A stretch of 64,000 nt of DNA from Candidatus Moraniibacteriota bacterium (GTDB lineage: Bacteria > Patescibacteriota > Minisyncoccia > Moranbacterales > UBA1568): the NCBI GenBank assembly GCA_016699875.1, contig CP064989.1, positions 252,326-316,325 of the forward strand, given 5' to 3'. Positions 29,330 through 37,896 of the stretch are shown here, piece by piece. The notes below the pieces were generated by a model. The model did no database searches and was not told where the DNA came from. It saw nothing but the letters and a program-made list of their open reading frames with translations. Made by a program: the position numbers and the translations under genes. Positions within the stretch are counted from its first letter, which is position 1. Each line of letters starts with the position of its first letter.

Positions 29330-30832
29330 TCAATCAATTTTCATACTTTCCCGCCAGAACCGTTCGATAGGCATTCCCGCCATAATTTCGAACATGCGCA
29401 GATACTTAGAAGTCATCTCCTCAACAAGATCCCTAGGAGGAACCCAGCAAGGATTTGTTTTTGGAAAACCAGCTGCCTTCCCTGCATCTCTAATTATTTG
29501 TTTATCCAGACTTGGCGGCGCCTCCCCTCTGTCGAGAGCAGCTTGCCGCTGATCAGCCAACCAAAAACGACTCGAATCAGGCGTCAGAGCTTCATCGCAA
29601 AGCACGATACGACCATCTTCATCATAAGCAAATTCGAATTTCGTATCGGCAAGAATGATACCCAAAGGCCGAAGCATATCTCGAGCGAATTCATACAACC
29701 GAAGGGACAGGTCGCGTATAGTTTCCGCCGCTTCCAACCCGATTCTCTCAACCATATCCTCGAAGTCGATATTCTCATCATGCTCGCCATAGGGCGCCTT
29801 CGTAGATGGAGTGAAAATTGGCTGCGGCAACTCGCTGCCATCGGAAAGTCCGCGAGGCAATTCGATACCACAGACTTTCCCAGTCTGTTGGTAACCAGTA
29901 AGACTGGATCCTGTCAAGAACCCCCGAACAATTGCCTCGATCTGAAACACTCTGACACGCTTCACAACAATCATGTGCCGCATGAGAAAACGCATTTGCT
30001 CAGAACTCAGCACGTATCGGAGACGCTCAGGAAAGTAATCAGTAATAGTGCGGCCAAAGGCTTTGAGATGGTTAGGAATATCTGTCTGAAGCAACCAATG
30101 CACCGTTGCTGCTGTCAAGACGGCTCCCTTCATTGGAATAGCCGCATTGAGCACTCGGTCAAAGATACTCACCCGATCCGTCGCTAAAATATAGAGATAC
30201 TCGAGGCATTCGGGATTGACAAATATTTCCCGTGTCTTCCCGGTATTCCAGTGAATCAGTCCGCCTGATTCCAATAAGGCTATATTAGAATCGGCAGAAG
30301 CTTCCCCTGTATACCTCTGTCGACCCTCGTGATAGGCATTCTGAAGAGTCAGCGTTCTCGACGGTTTTTGCTCCCGCAACTGAACCGTCGGGAATTCTCC
30401 CCGAACGCCGCAAATGGCATACCAGAATGCCTGCGCAGGGTCATGGAAGAACTCTTCCATAAAAACAAACTGCGAATCCGGCACCTCTGTTGCCGCAAGA
30501 TACGCCGCCTGAGTGGCATTCTCCGTCTCGCCCTTCAATGGAACTGCGATAAACAAAGTGTGCTTATTTCCCAACCCATTCCTTGAGATGGAGTCCACAT
30601 AACCGAATATCGCCGCCAATTTCCCGGCACACACAATCACGGCATCTACAGAGCAATCGTTAAATTTTCGAAGCAATTCCCGCAACTCGTCGGGATTCCG
30701 GTGAGCACTGCATACTTCGACTGCAAGAACACAAATTAAGTCCTGCGCCTCCGCCTCGCGAAGCACTGCTAGCCCGGATGCAATTTTCCTGAAATCAGAG
30801 TCCGAACCGCAAAGAACCACTATATTTCTCAT
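29330..30832 (-). CDS. Bifunctional PurE (N5-CAIR mutase/AIR carboxylase) fused to PurC (SAICAR synthetase)
   Basis: N-terminal VLCGSDSD...VCSAHRNP is the PurE signature. C-terminal RGFLTGS, IFTPSTKAPYGEHDENI, ILADTKFEFA and LTPDSSRFW match long-form SAICAR synthetase. Confidence 0.8.
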   Translation of the reverse strand: MRNIVVLCGSDSDFRKIASGLAVLREAEAQDLICVLAVEVCSAHRNPDELRELLRKFNDCSVDAVIVCAGKLAAIFGYVDSISRNGLGNKHTLFIAVPLKGETENATQAAYLAATEVPDSQFVFMEEFFHDPAQAFWYAICGVRGEFPTVQLREQKPSRTLTLQNAYHEGRQRYTGEASADSNIALLESGGLIHWNTGKTREIFVNPECLEYLYILATDRVSIFDRVLNAAIPMKGAVLTAATVHWLLQTDIPNHLKAFGRTITDYFPERLRYVLSSEQMRFLMRHMIVVKRVRVFQIEAIVRGFLTGSSLTGYQQTGKVCGIELPRGLSDGSELPQPIFTPSTKAPYGEHDENIDFEDMVERIGLEAAETIRDLSLRLYEFARDMLRPLGIILADTKFEFAYDEDGRIVLCDEALTPDSSRFWLADQRQAALDRGEAPPSLDKQIIRDAGKAAGFPKTNPCWVPPRDLVEEMTSKYLRMFEIMAGMPIERFWRESMKID

Positions 30833-31013
30833 GACTGCCTCCTTCGAGAAATCTCTCGAATCTTCTTGCGTGATTTACCCAGTTGTCAAAGATAGAGAAG
30901 CCGACACCTACCGAAATAGCCGCAGCTTCTCCCATATCAAAGAAAGCAGAAATTCCTATTACTGTCAATTTGAGTCAATTCGGAATCCCGCCAAGAAGCA
31001 AAGTATCTCTCAC

Positions 31014-31688
31014 CTATCGGCCAGCATACCGCCCATACGCCTCCCCTATGAACTTCCTCACCCGCACAATCAGGGCGACATGCGGATATCGGGCGAGCGC
31101 TTTGAGTGCGATGTAGATACTAATCACAAAGATGGCATCCCAAATACCGGAAGCGTGGCGAATAGCAAACGCATGAATCATGCCAAATACGAACACCGCA
31201 TATACAATTCTGTGAAGCGTCACCCATTTCCTCTTGAGAAGGCGGAGAGAAAGCGCATTGGATGTCGCCAAAAGCGGGAGTGTCAGAATATAGGACACTA
31301 CTCCGAGGAGTAAGATCGGCTCTATGCGAAGCGGCGAGGCAAGATACGTCGACCAAGAAAGCGGGAACCACAATGGATCCATCAGATATCCGACACCGTG
31401 CACCGTCGCCAGGTAGGCAAAAAGAATGCCAAGCTCCCGACGCATCCCCAGCAAGAGCTGAAAAAACGAGATCGGAAAAATTCTTGCGAGCGGACTCACG
31501 AAAAGAATAAGGACGAGGAGATTTCTCGACCACTCGCCGAAGCTGTTGCGCAATTCGGGGAAGAACAAACCGAAAAGGCTCGCGTGAGCAATCAACAAGA
31601 GAGCGATTTTTATCTGTCGATAATACTGCCGCAAAAGTCTCGTCACGCCCTCATGTGCCCAGAAAAACGGGCGAAGCAACAGATTCAT
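31014..31688 (-). CDS. MsrQ/YedZ-like ferric-reductase-type heme-binding membrane protein (second copy in window)
   Basis: 6 TM helices with His residues placed as in YedZ (LATVHGVGY, IHAFAIRHAS). Confidence 0.55.
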   Translation of the reverse strand: MNLLLRPFFWAHEGVTRLLRQYYRQIKIALLLIAHASLFGLFFPELRNSFGEWSRNLLVLILFVSPLARIFPISFFQLLLGMRRELGILFAYLATVHGVGYLMDPLWFPLSWSTYLASPLRIEPILLLGVVSYILTLPLLATSNALSLRLLKRKWVTLHRIVYAVFVFGMIHAFAIRHASGIWDAIFVISIYIALKALARYPHVALIVRVRKFIGEAYGRYAGR

Positions 31689-31763
31689 AACATCCGGAAC
31701 AAGAATTTTAACAACTGCACGGAAGTAGTACGCATGTTCTCGGGAAATCTTTCGCGAAAGCCG

Positions 31764-33479
31764 CTACTTCTTTCGCACTTTCTCAGTCACCCAAAACTCG
31801 CCGAAGTAGTTCCCAAAAAGCAAGCGCGTCTGCGAATCAATCGCCGGAAATGCCGAGAGGAAAGCGACAAACGGAGACAAAACCCACTGAAACAGCATGA
31901 AAAAATGCTTCGACCAGTGATACTTCGCCGGCCGCGGAGGAAGCGAGAAGATAGAAAGCGGCACCGACACGACCATGCCGAGCATCGCAAGCGTCATAAG
32001 ACGCTGGGTAATAAGCGGCAAATTGTGTGCCAAAACACTCTCACGAAACGCAACGCCGCCCAAGACCAAGGGCAACCACCCGAGAAGCGCCAAAATAAAC
32101 GAGGTCGTCGCCCACGAATAGTGCCCCTCGAGCATTTCAAACGAAATGCGGAGCTTCTTAAAGAAGGCGATGCGCCGATCGGGCCAGAGAGCGCGCATCG
32201 TCACAGGGAAATTCTCGATACCATAGGCCCATCGACGATTCTGCTTGTACAAATTCACCACGGTTTTCCAATAGGTATCCGAAAGCACCGCATCGAGCGA
32301 AACCGGCAAATGAATCGGACACACTTCGTAGTCTCCATGAAAATACGCGAGGCATTTCCAGTAGATATTGGAGTCCTCGCTGATCATATTAACCAGCCAA
32401 AAGTCCACCTTTACCAGAGTATCAAACGGCTCGCTGTGCGATGAAAACGTCACCATCTGCCGCCTGGTACTCTGAAACAAGTGCCAAAACGACGACCCGG
32501 TCACCGCAAGCCGCACAAATGCATTCGTATCCCACAGCGTATTATGATAAACCGGCATCGGTTGGTATGCGCGCCGGAGCCGCTTCGGATTCGTCACATA
32601 TGCATAGGTGAGCGCGGCAAAGTACTCCGGATGCGCGATACTGTCGCAGTCAAAATTCGAGAAAACAACGCGCGTGTAATCAATGTGCCGTTCATCAAGA
32701 TATTTCTGCAATTCCTTCGCCGCAAATTTCGCATTCGATGCCTTGCATTTCATCTCTCCGTCCGCCACCACATGCGTCGTTACCAGAAAGTCTCGAAACA
32801 CCCCGTCAAATTTCTTCTTCAAAAATTCAACTTTCGCCAATCGATGCACCTCATCTTCACGTTCCTCGGTCGCCAAGAGCACGATCATCTGTTCTTTGGG
32901 AAAATTCGCCTCGGCAAGCGCGCGAATCGATGGCTCGATAATATCCGCACTCTCCCCTGCCGTCGGCAAGAGGACAACATGAATCACGCTCCTCCAGTCC
33001 ATGATGTCATGTTCGGACACTGCCAATCGCTTCGCCTCGGCAAGCGTCTCTTTCGTCCGGGCAATCTCTGCGTTCACTGCGCGCCGACGACGAAGCGAGA
33101 CAATCGAAAGACGCGAACGCGCATCTCGAAGACTTAAAAGACGCGACTCCAACTCACAGACAAATCCCGCCGGATCAAGACTCTTCTGACACCGCTCCCA
33201 CCAGTCTATTCTCTTGGATCGCACCAAACGGAAATGCGCCCGCGTTGAATAGAACGAAATAAACACGATACGATAGAGCCAGTAGAGATCGAAGAGAATA
33301 ATAAAAACCGCTGCCCACAGCGGCAAAAGAAATGAAACGACAAACATCCCGATAAGCGTCCCCCACGACAAAATCCCCGGCACCATCTCAAGCGCCCGTT
33401 GCACCCGCCGATTCTTCGGATCCGTTGTCTTCGGATCGGGAAACTCAAAGATATCCTCCGTTTGCCTGCTCGTATTCAT
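31764..33479 (-). CDS. Membrane-embedded GT2-family glycosyltransferase
   Basis: N-terminal TM pair, a cytoplasmic GT-A domain (DCDS, QxxRW-like RRWAYG) and C-terminal TM helices. Confidence 0.6.
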   Translation of the reverse strand: MNTSRQTEDIFEFPDPKTTDPKNRRVQRALEMVPGILSWGTLIGMFVVSFLLPLWAAVFIILFDLYWLYRIVFISFYSTRAHFRLVRSKRIDWWERCQKSLDPAGFVCELESRLLSLRDARSRLSIVSLRRRRAVNAEIARTKETLAEAKRLAVSEHDIMDWRSVIHVVLLPTAGESADIIEPSIRALAEANFPKEQMIVLLATEEREDEVHRLAKVEFLKKKFDGVFRDFLVTTHVVADGEMKCKASNAKFAAKELQKYLDERHIDYTRVVFSNFDCDSIAHPEYFAALTYAYVTNPKRLRRAYQPMPVYHNTLWDTNAFVRLAVTGSSFWHLFQSTRRQMVTFSSHSEPFDTLVKVDFWLVNMISEDSNIYWKCLAYFHGDYEVCPIHLPVSLDAVLSDTYWKTVVNLYKQNRRWAYGIENFPVTMRALWPDRRIAFFKKLRISFEMLEGHYSWATTSFILALLGWLPLVLGGVAFRESVLAHNLPLITQRLMTLAMLGMVVSVPLSIFSLPPRPAKYHWSKHFFMLFQWVLSPFVAFLSAFPAIDSQTRLLFGNYFGEFWVTEKVRKK

Positions 33480-33590
33480 GCGAGAATAATACCTTGTTTT
33501 AGGGAAAAAGACAAGAAAAAAGCCGCGTTCAAAATCAACTGAATCGCGGCATCAGACATTGAGAGCGTTGTTTTGTTACGGAAACAACAC

Positions 33591-33935
33591 TCAGGAAGTT
33601 ATGATGATTGTTCCAAAAACCCACTCAACAAAGAACTGAGCGGCTGTTTCCGGAACACCTTCTTCCCGCATCTTACTTATGATTAGATCTCGAAGTATGC
33701 CACATATCACATCAGAACACTGGCATCTCAATACACAGTTACTCCAAGACATACATAATCGAATCAGAGGGAGTATTTCAGAATGAAAGGTAACGAATTG
33801 AATCGGCGTTATCACTAAGACATTCCGAACGCCAGTATTCGCAACTTTGCTAATGTCCTGCTGGAGAATATACCCCTCCCATTTCTGATCATTTAACGCG
33901 AAAGATGGGATGTTTACAACGTATTCTTCAGACAT
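33591..33935 (-). CDS. Small Cys-rich hypothetical protein
   Basis: ORF in an AT-rich island, directly downstream of the conserved promoter-like motif. Confidence 0.4.
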   Translation of the reverse strand: MSEEYVVNIPSFALNDQKWEGYILQQDISKVANTGVRNVLVITPIQFVTFHSEILPLIRLCMSWSNCVLRCQCSDVICGILRDLIISKMREEGVPETAAQFFVEWVFGTIIITS

Positions 33936-33987
33936 CTCATTTCTCCTTACAAGTTGTTCGAGAACTACACCTTCTCCCTACCGTAAA

Positions 33988-34042
33988 TTCCGGCAGACAT
34001 CACATTTATGTATACTTTTTTCAAAAGTTTTGTCAATACACG
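33988..34042 (-). promoter_or_regulatory. Promoter-like element, copy A (TTGACA-17/18-ATACAT plus a conserved TGCCGGAA box downstream)
   Basis: Minus strand reads ttgacaaaacttttgaaaaaagtatacataaatgtgatgtctgccggaa. It is nearly identical to the copy at 36101-36155. Confidence 0.55.
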
Positions 34043-34267
34043 CCTGAAAGTTCCAAAACAAACTAGCCCTAAATGTGAAAACATATCACTTGCAGTGAGA
34101 AAAATTCATTCGTTCTCAAAATATCCGGCCAGGGCTCAATAAGAAATACTTGAATACAAATTTCCTCTCTGCAAGAAATTCTGAGAACATACGTACCAAC
34201 TAAAGTACGACAATCGCCTTCTTCAACCGGTGAGTGGTATGTCGGATAATTTTTTAGAATAGTCGGT

Positions 34268-34999
34268 ATGAAAAAGAAAAAGAATTTGATTGGATATTCA
34301 GTTGCCGTGGCAGTTGCCGCAATATCATTTGCAACACTCTCTTCGGGAAGCGCGCTCGCCGAATTCGGTTCGAGAAACATGGGACAATATGGACAAAATC
34401 GGCAAATGCGCGACGGCGATCAACAGGGCGGACCATTCAGATCAAACGAATCCGTTTCCGCCTGCGAGGATAAATCCGAAGGAGACAGCTGTTCGTTCTC
34501 CATGACGCCGCCGAATGGCAGTGATGCCGTCACTGTAGAAGGCACCTGTTCCAAAGCTCCCACAAGACAAGGTCAAGACGACGACACCGAAAGCGATACG
34601 CTTTCGTGCATGCCGGCACGAAATGAACTCATGAAAAACGCTCCCGATGGTGCGAAAGTCACCTCGCAAAACCGACTCGAGAGAGCGGAAGCTATGAGGG
34701 AACGCGCAGCATCAAGAATCACCGCAACACAAACTCGACTCAGCAACATCGTAAGCTTCTTGCAATCAAAAGATGTCGATACCAGCGCAATTGAAAGCGA
34801 AATCGACACACTCAAAGAAAAAACTGATACTGTGCTCGACAAATACGATGCACTGATTACGCTCCTCAGAGAAGACAGCCCCTCGAGCGACGACGTCAAG
34901 ACTGCTTTCGAGGCCGTCCGTTCCGCCGAGAAAGCAGTGCGGGACTACTTCACTGGCACCCTACGAACCGCAATCCGATCCGCACTCGATTCGTTGTAA
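34268..34999 (+). CDS. Secreted hypothetical protein
   Basis: Signal peptide (MKKKKNLIGYSVAVAVAAISFATLSSGSALA), a Cys pair and a helical C-terminus. Confidence 0.5.
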   Translation: MKKKKNLIGYSVAVAVAAISFATLSSGSALAEFGSRNMGQYGQNRQMRDGDQQGGPFRSNESVSACEDKSEGDSCSFSMTPPNGSDAVTVEGTCSKAPTRQGQDDDTESDTLSCMPARNELMKNAPDGAKVTSQNRLERAEAMRERAASRITATQTRLSNIVSFLQSKDVDTSAIESEIDTLKEKTDTVLDKYDALITLLREDSPSSDDVKTAFEAVRSAEKAVRDYFTGTLRTAIRSALDSL

Positions 35000-35040
35000 A
35001 CCGATTCAAAGCGAAACACTCACCAACAATACATCTCTCT

Positions 35041-35352
35041 ATGGATCCCAAAAGAAAAATTATCACGCTCATAGCGTCCGCAGTCGCCATCATAGTCGTC
35101 GGAGGGCTCATCCTCTTCTCGGTCTCCGGCAATAAGAAGCAAGTATCGAACAACAGCTCACCCTCAACAGAGACAGCGACAGACGCGCTTTCCGGAAAGA
35201 CAGGTGCCGCATCGTCCGCAAACAATGCTGCACCACCGACAAAGAAAGCGGAAGAAATTCCCGCCGTCACCACCAAAGACGATGCCGAAAAGTCACTCGA
35301 CCAAATCGACTCCGACATGGCATCCTCCGAAACAGATACAAGCGGTTTTTAG
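35041..35352 (+). CDS. Small membrane-anchored hypothetical protein
   Basis: N-terminal TM helix followed by a Ser/Thr/Ala-rich acidic tail. Confidence 0.45.
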   Translation: MDPKRKIITLIASAVAIIVVGGLILFSVSGNKKQVSNNSSPSTETATDALSGKTGAASSANNAAPPTKKAEEIPAVTTKDDAEKSLDQIDSDMASSETDTSGF

Positions 35353-35371
35353 GAAAAACAAATGTAAAAAA

Positions 35372-35400
35372 CCCGCATCTCTTCATGAGTGCGGGTTTTG
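35372..35400. terminator. Probable bidirectional intrinsic terminator
   Basis: Imperfect hairpin cccgcatctc...gagtgcggg followed by TTTT. It lies between convergent genes. Confidence 0.4.
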
Positions 35401-35419
35401 CGGTTATTACAATCCCTCC

Positions 35420-36040
35420 TTATTCTGCTCTAAAGCCAGGCTGCCATTTTTTAACTTCTTCGCCCTTACCGGCAGCAGGAGGCGTATTCAGGTGATTAGC
35501 ACAGAGCACTTCAAAAAAATCTCCTTCCGACCCACCGCGGATCCAATAATCTTCGTCGATAGCATCAACACCTAAACGAGCGCAAGGAATGAAGTGCACA
35601 TTGAAACTGCGAATATTTTCGCCACAAGGTTTTCTCAATTCGATCACAACTTCATCACGACCCGAGGAATTCTCAGTGATAATTAAGCGAGCTGAACTGA
35701 ATTCGGTAGGACGAACAACGACAGTCCTTTTACCCTCAGGAGAGATGTCATCTTCATCCATGAACACATTCGTCGCCATTTCAACCATGGCTTGGAACCT
35801 CCGAAGCCAATCTTGAGCTTTCCTTGCTTGGTCATTCGCTCTTTCCGCCCATAAGTGGCGTTGTTCAATAACAGTCTTCCATTCCTCCTTTATTTCGTCT
35901 AACTCGGAACTTAACAGTTTAGTCCGTTCCCGAAGGGGCTTGACATTGAAAAGCATGACTAGAGAACCACCAATAAAAAATCCCGATACGACGCCAAACA
36001 AAGTGCCAATTACAAAATACGTAGAATCAACAATGCTCAT
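35420..36040 (-). CDS. Membrane-anchored coiled-coil hypothetical protein
   Basis: N-terminal TM helix, a coiled coil and a C-terminal globular part. Confidence 0.45.
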   Translation of the reverse strand: MSIVDSTYFVIGTLFGVVSGFFIGGSLVMLFNVKPLRERTKLLSSELDEIKEEWKTVIEQRHLWAERANDQARKAQDWLRRFQAMVEMATNVFMDEDDISPEGKRTVVVRPTEFSSARLIITENSSGRDEVVIELRKPCGENIRSFNVHFIPCARLGVDAIDEDYWIRGGSEGDFFEVLCANHLNTPPAAGKGEEVKKWQPGFRAE

Positions 36041-36100
36041 CTCAATTCCCCTCTTTAGGTTTCTTTGGATTTAAGGTACTGCTCCGCTATACTGGAACCA

Positions 36101-36155
36101 TTCCGGCAAGCGTCATATCTATATACACCTTTTTCATAGTTTTGTCAATATGATT
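36101..36155 (-). promoter_or_regulatory. Promoter-like element, copy B (TTGACA-17-TATATA plus a TGCCGGAA box)
   Basis: Minus strand reads ttgacaaaactatgaaaaaggtgtatatagatatgacgcttgccggaa. The -35 overlaps the divergent GH1 start codon. Confidence 0.55.
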
Positions 36156-37406
36156 CGGCAATTTCCCGAGGGATTCCTCTGGGGCGCAGCGACCGCATCG
36201 CATCAGGTAGAAGGTGGCAATACGAATGATTGGTCAGAGTGGGAAGCACAAAATGCCAGCCGCCTCGCCAAGAAATCCACTTCTGAATTCGGACATCTCC
36301 CCGGCTGGACCGAGAAGTTCGGCACGGAAGCCGCGCGCCCCGAGAACTATATTTCCGGAGTCGCTGTCGATCACTATCATCGCTATGAAGAAGACTTCGA
36401 TATTGCCAAAGAACTCGGCCACACCGCCTCCCGGTTCTCCATCGAGTGGTCGCGCGTCGAGCCACAGGAGGGGGTGTGGAATGAGGAAGAAATAGTCCAT
36501 TATCAAACAGTTGTCCGCGCGCTTCGAGCAAGGAACATCGAGCCATTCGTCACTCTCTGGCACTGGACACTGCCCCTCTGGCTCAGAGAGCAGGGCGGGA
36601 TGCTCGCGCCAAAGTTTCCGGAATACTTCGCCCGCTATGCCAAAAAGGTTGCAATCGCACTTGGAAACGATGTAACTTTTTGGATTACCCTCAACGAACC
36701 GGACGTCGTCACCGGACACGCCTATATAAAAGCTCAGTGGCCACCGCAAGAAAGAGGGCTTCTAAAGTATATCCGCGCCAACTTCGCACTCATCAAAGCG
36801 CATCGAAGCACGTACTCCGCCATCAAACAACACAATCCAAACGCGCACATCGGCATCGCCAAGCACCAGCTGTCATTCGAACTCAAGAGAAACACGTTCG
36901 TTAACCGAACACTCAAGCTATTCGCTCACTATTTTTGGAACAAGTGGTTTCTCAATCGCGTCAAAGACACGCAAGATTTCGTCGGATTAAATCACTACGG
37001 GCGATGCGTGATCGATAATGGGCTCTACAAAAACCCCAATGAGCGCCGAACCGATATCGGCTGGGAATTTTATCCCGAGTCTATTTACCAAGCACTCACG
37101 GAGTTGAAACCATACGGCAAGCCCATTTATATCACCGAAAACGGCCTCGCCGACCGAAGCGACACACTCCGGCAAGAGTTTCTGACGCGCGCACTCGCAT
37201 CCGTCCACCGCGCAATAGAAGACGGCGCCGAAATCAAAGGTTATCTCCACTGGTCGCTTCTTGACAACTTCGAATGGGACAAGGGCTTCTGGCCATGCTT
37301 CGGACTCATCGCTGTCGACCGCACAACACAAAACCGAACCGTTCGCGAAAGCGCGAGATACTACGCCAAGATCTGCCACGCAAACGAGCTCGAAACTACT
37401 GAGTAA
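36150..37406 (+). CDS. Glycoside hydrolase family 1 beta-glucosidase
   Basis: TLNEP (acid/base) and YITENG (nucleophile), plus the FLWGAATASHQVEG N-terminus. Confidence 0.85.
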   Translation: MIRQFPEGFLWGAATASHQVEGGNTNDWSEWEAQNASRLAKKSTSEFGHLPGWTEKFGTEAARPENYISGVAVDHYHRYEEDFDIAKELGHTASRFSIEWSRVEPQEGVWNEEEIVHYQTVVRALRARNIEPFVTLWHWTLPLWLREQGGMLAPKFPEYFARYAKKVAIALGNDVTFWITLNEPDVVTGHAYIKAQWPPQERGLLKYIRANFALIKAHRSTYSAIKQHNPNAHIGIAKHQLSFELKRNTFVNRTLKLFAHYFWNKWFLNRVKDTQDFVGLNHYGRCVIDNGLYKNPNERRTDIGWEFYPESIYQALTELKPYGKPIYITENGLADRSDTLRQEFLTRALASVHRAIEDGAEIKGYLHWSLLDNFEWDKGFWPCFGLIAVDRTTQNRTVRESARYYAKICHANELETTE

Positions 37407-37443
37407 CCCTTGCATCGCCGCCTTTTTGTGCTACAATCCCAGA

Positions 37444-37470
37444 AAGCCGATCGGCTTTTGTTTTTGTCTT
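37444..37470 (+). terminator. Intrinsic terminator after the GH1 gene
   Basis: aagccgatcggctt palindrome followed by ttgtttttg. Confidence 0.55.
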
Positions 37471-37472
37471 CC

Positions 37473-37507
37473 GGTCCCATCGTCTATCGGTTAGGACATC
37501 AGGTTTT
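37473..37507 (+). repeat. Partial duplicate of the tRNA-Glu 5' half (positions 1-35, ending in the anticodon loop)
   Basis: 35/35 identity with 37819-37853, then divergence. Confidence 0.7.
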
Positions 37508-37569
37508 TCAGTCAAAGACTGACCAGCCTCTGGCTGGCATCCTAGGAAGAGGGGTCGCGGAGGATTTCT

Positions 37570-37815
37570 ATGTACTACACATATATACTCAAAAGCGCCA
37601 AGAAACCCTATCGATATATTGGTTCCACTGAAAATCTAAGGAAGCGACTTCTTGAACACAATCAAGGAAAAACCAAATCCATTCAACACCTCATTCCTTT
37701 TGCACTCGAATATTATGAAGCCTACACAACAAAGAAACTCGCCAGAAAAAGAGAGCTAGAACTCAAGAAGAACAGCTTTAAGAAACGAGAACTTTTTGAG
37801 AGAATCAGCGAATAA
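37570..37815 (+). CDS. Small GIY-YIG nuclease-domain protein (81 aa)
   Basis: YYTYILKS...YIGSTENLRKRLLEHN is a GIY-YIG motif. A strong SD (GGAGG) sits 6 nt upstream. The gene lies between the duplicated tRNA-Glu segments. Confidence 0.7.
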   Translation: MYYTYILKSAKKPYRYIGSTENLRKRLLEHNQGKTKSIQHLIPFALEYYEAYTTKKLARKRELELKKNSFKKRELFERISE

Positions 37816-37818
37816 TCT

Positions 37819-37890
37819 GGTCCCATCGTCTATCGGTTAGGACATCAGGTTTTCATCCTGAAAAGAGGGGTTCGACTCCCCTTGGGACTA
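37819..37890 (+). tRNA. tRNA-Glu (anticodon UUC)
   Basis: Cloverleaf folded by hand: 7-bp acceptor stem (G1-U72), D-stem gtct/ggac, anticodon stem tcagg/cctga, loop ttTTCat, T-arm agggg-ttcgact-cccct. No encoded CCA. Confidence 0.7.
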
Positions 37891-37896
37891 CTTTCT

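Noticed and set aside
37508-37569. Idea that the tRNA-Glu interruption is a group I intron
   Set aside because: The insert is only about 310 nt including the ORF. There is no downstream 3' exon (a complete tRNA follows instead) and no recognisable P-Q-R-S core elements.
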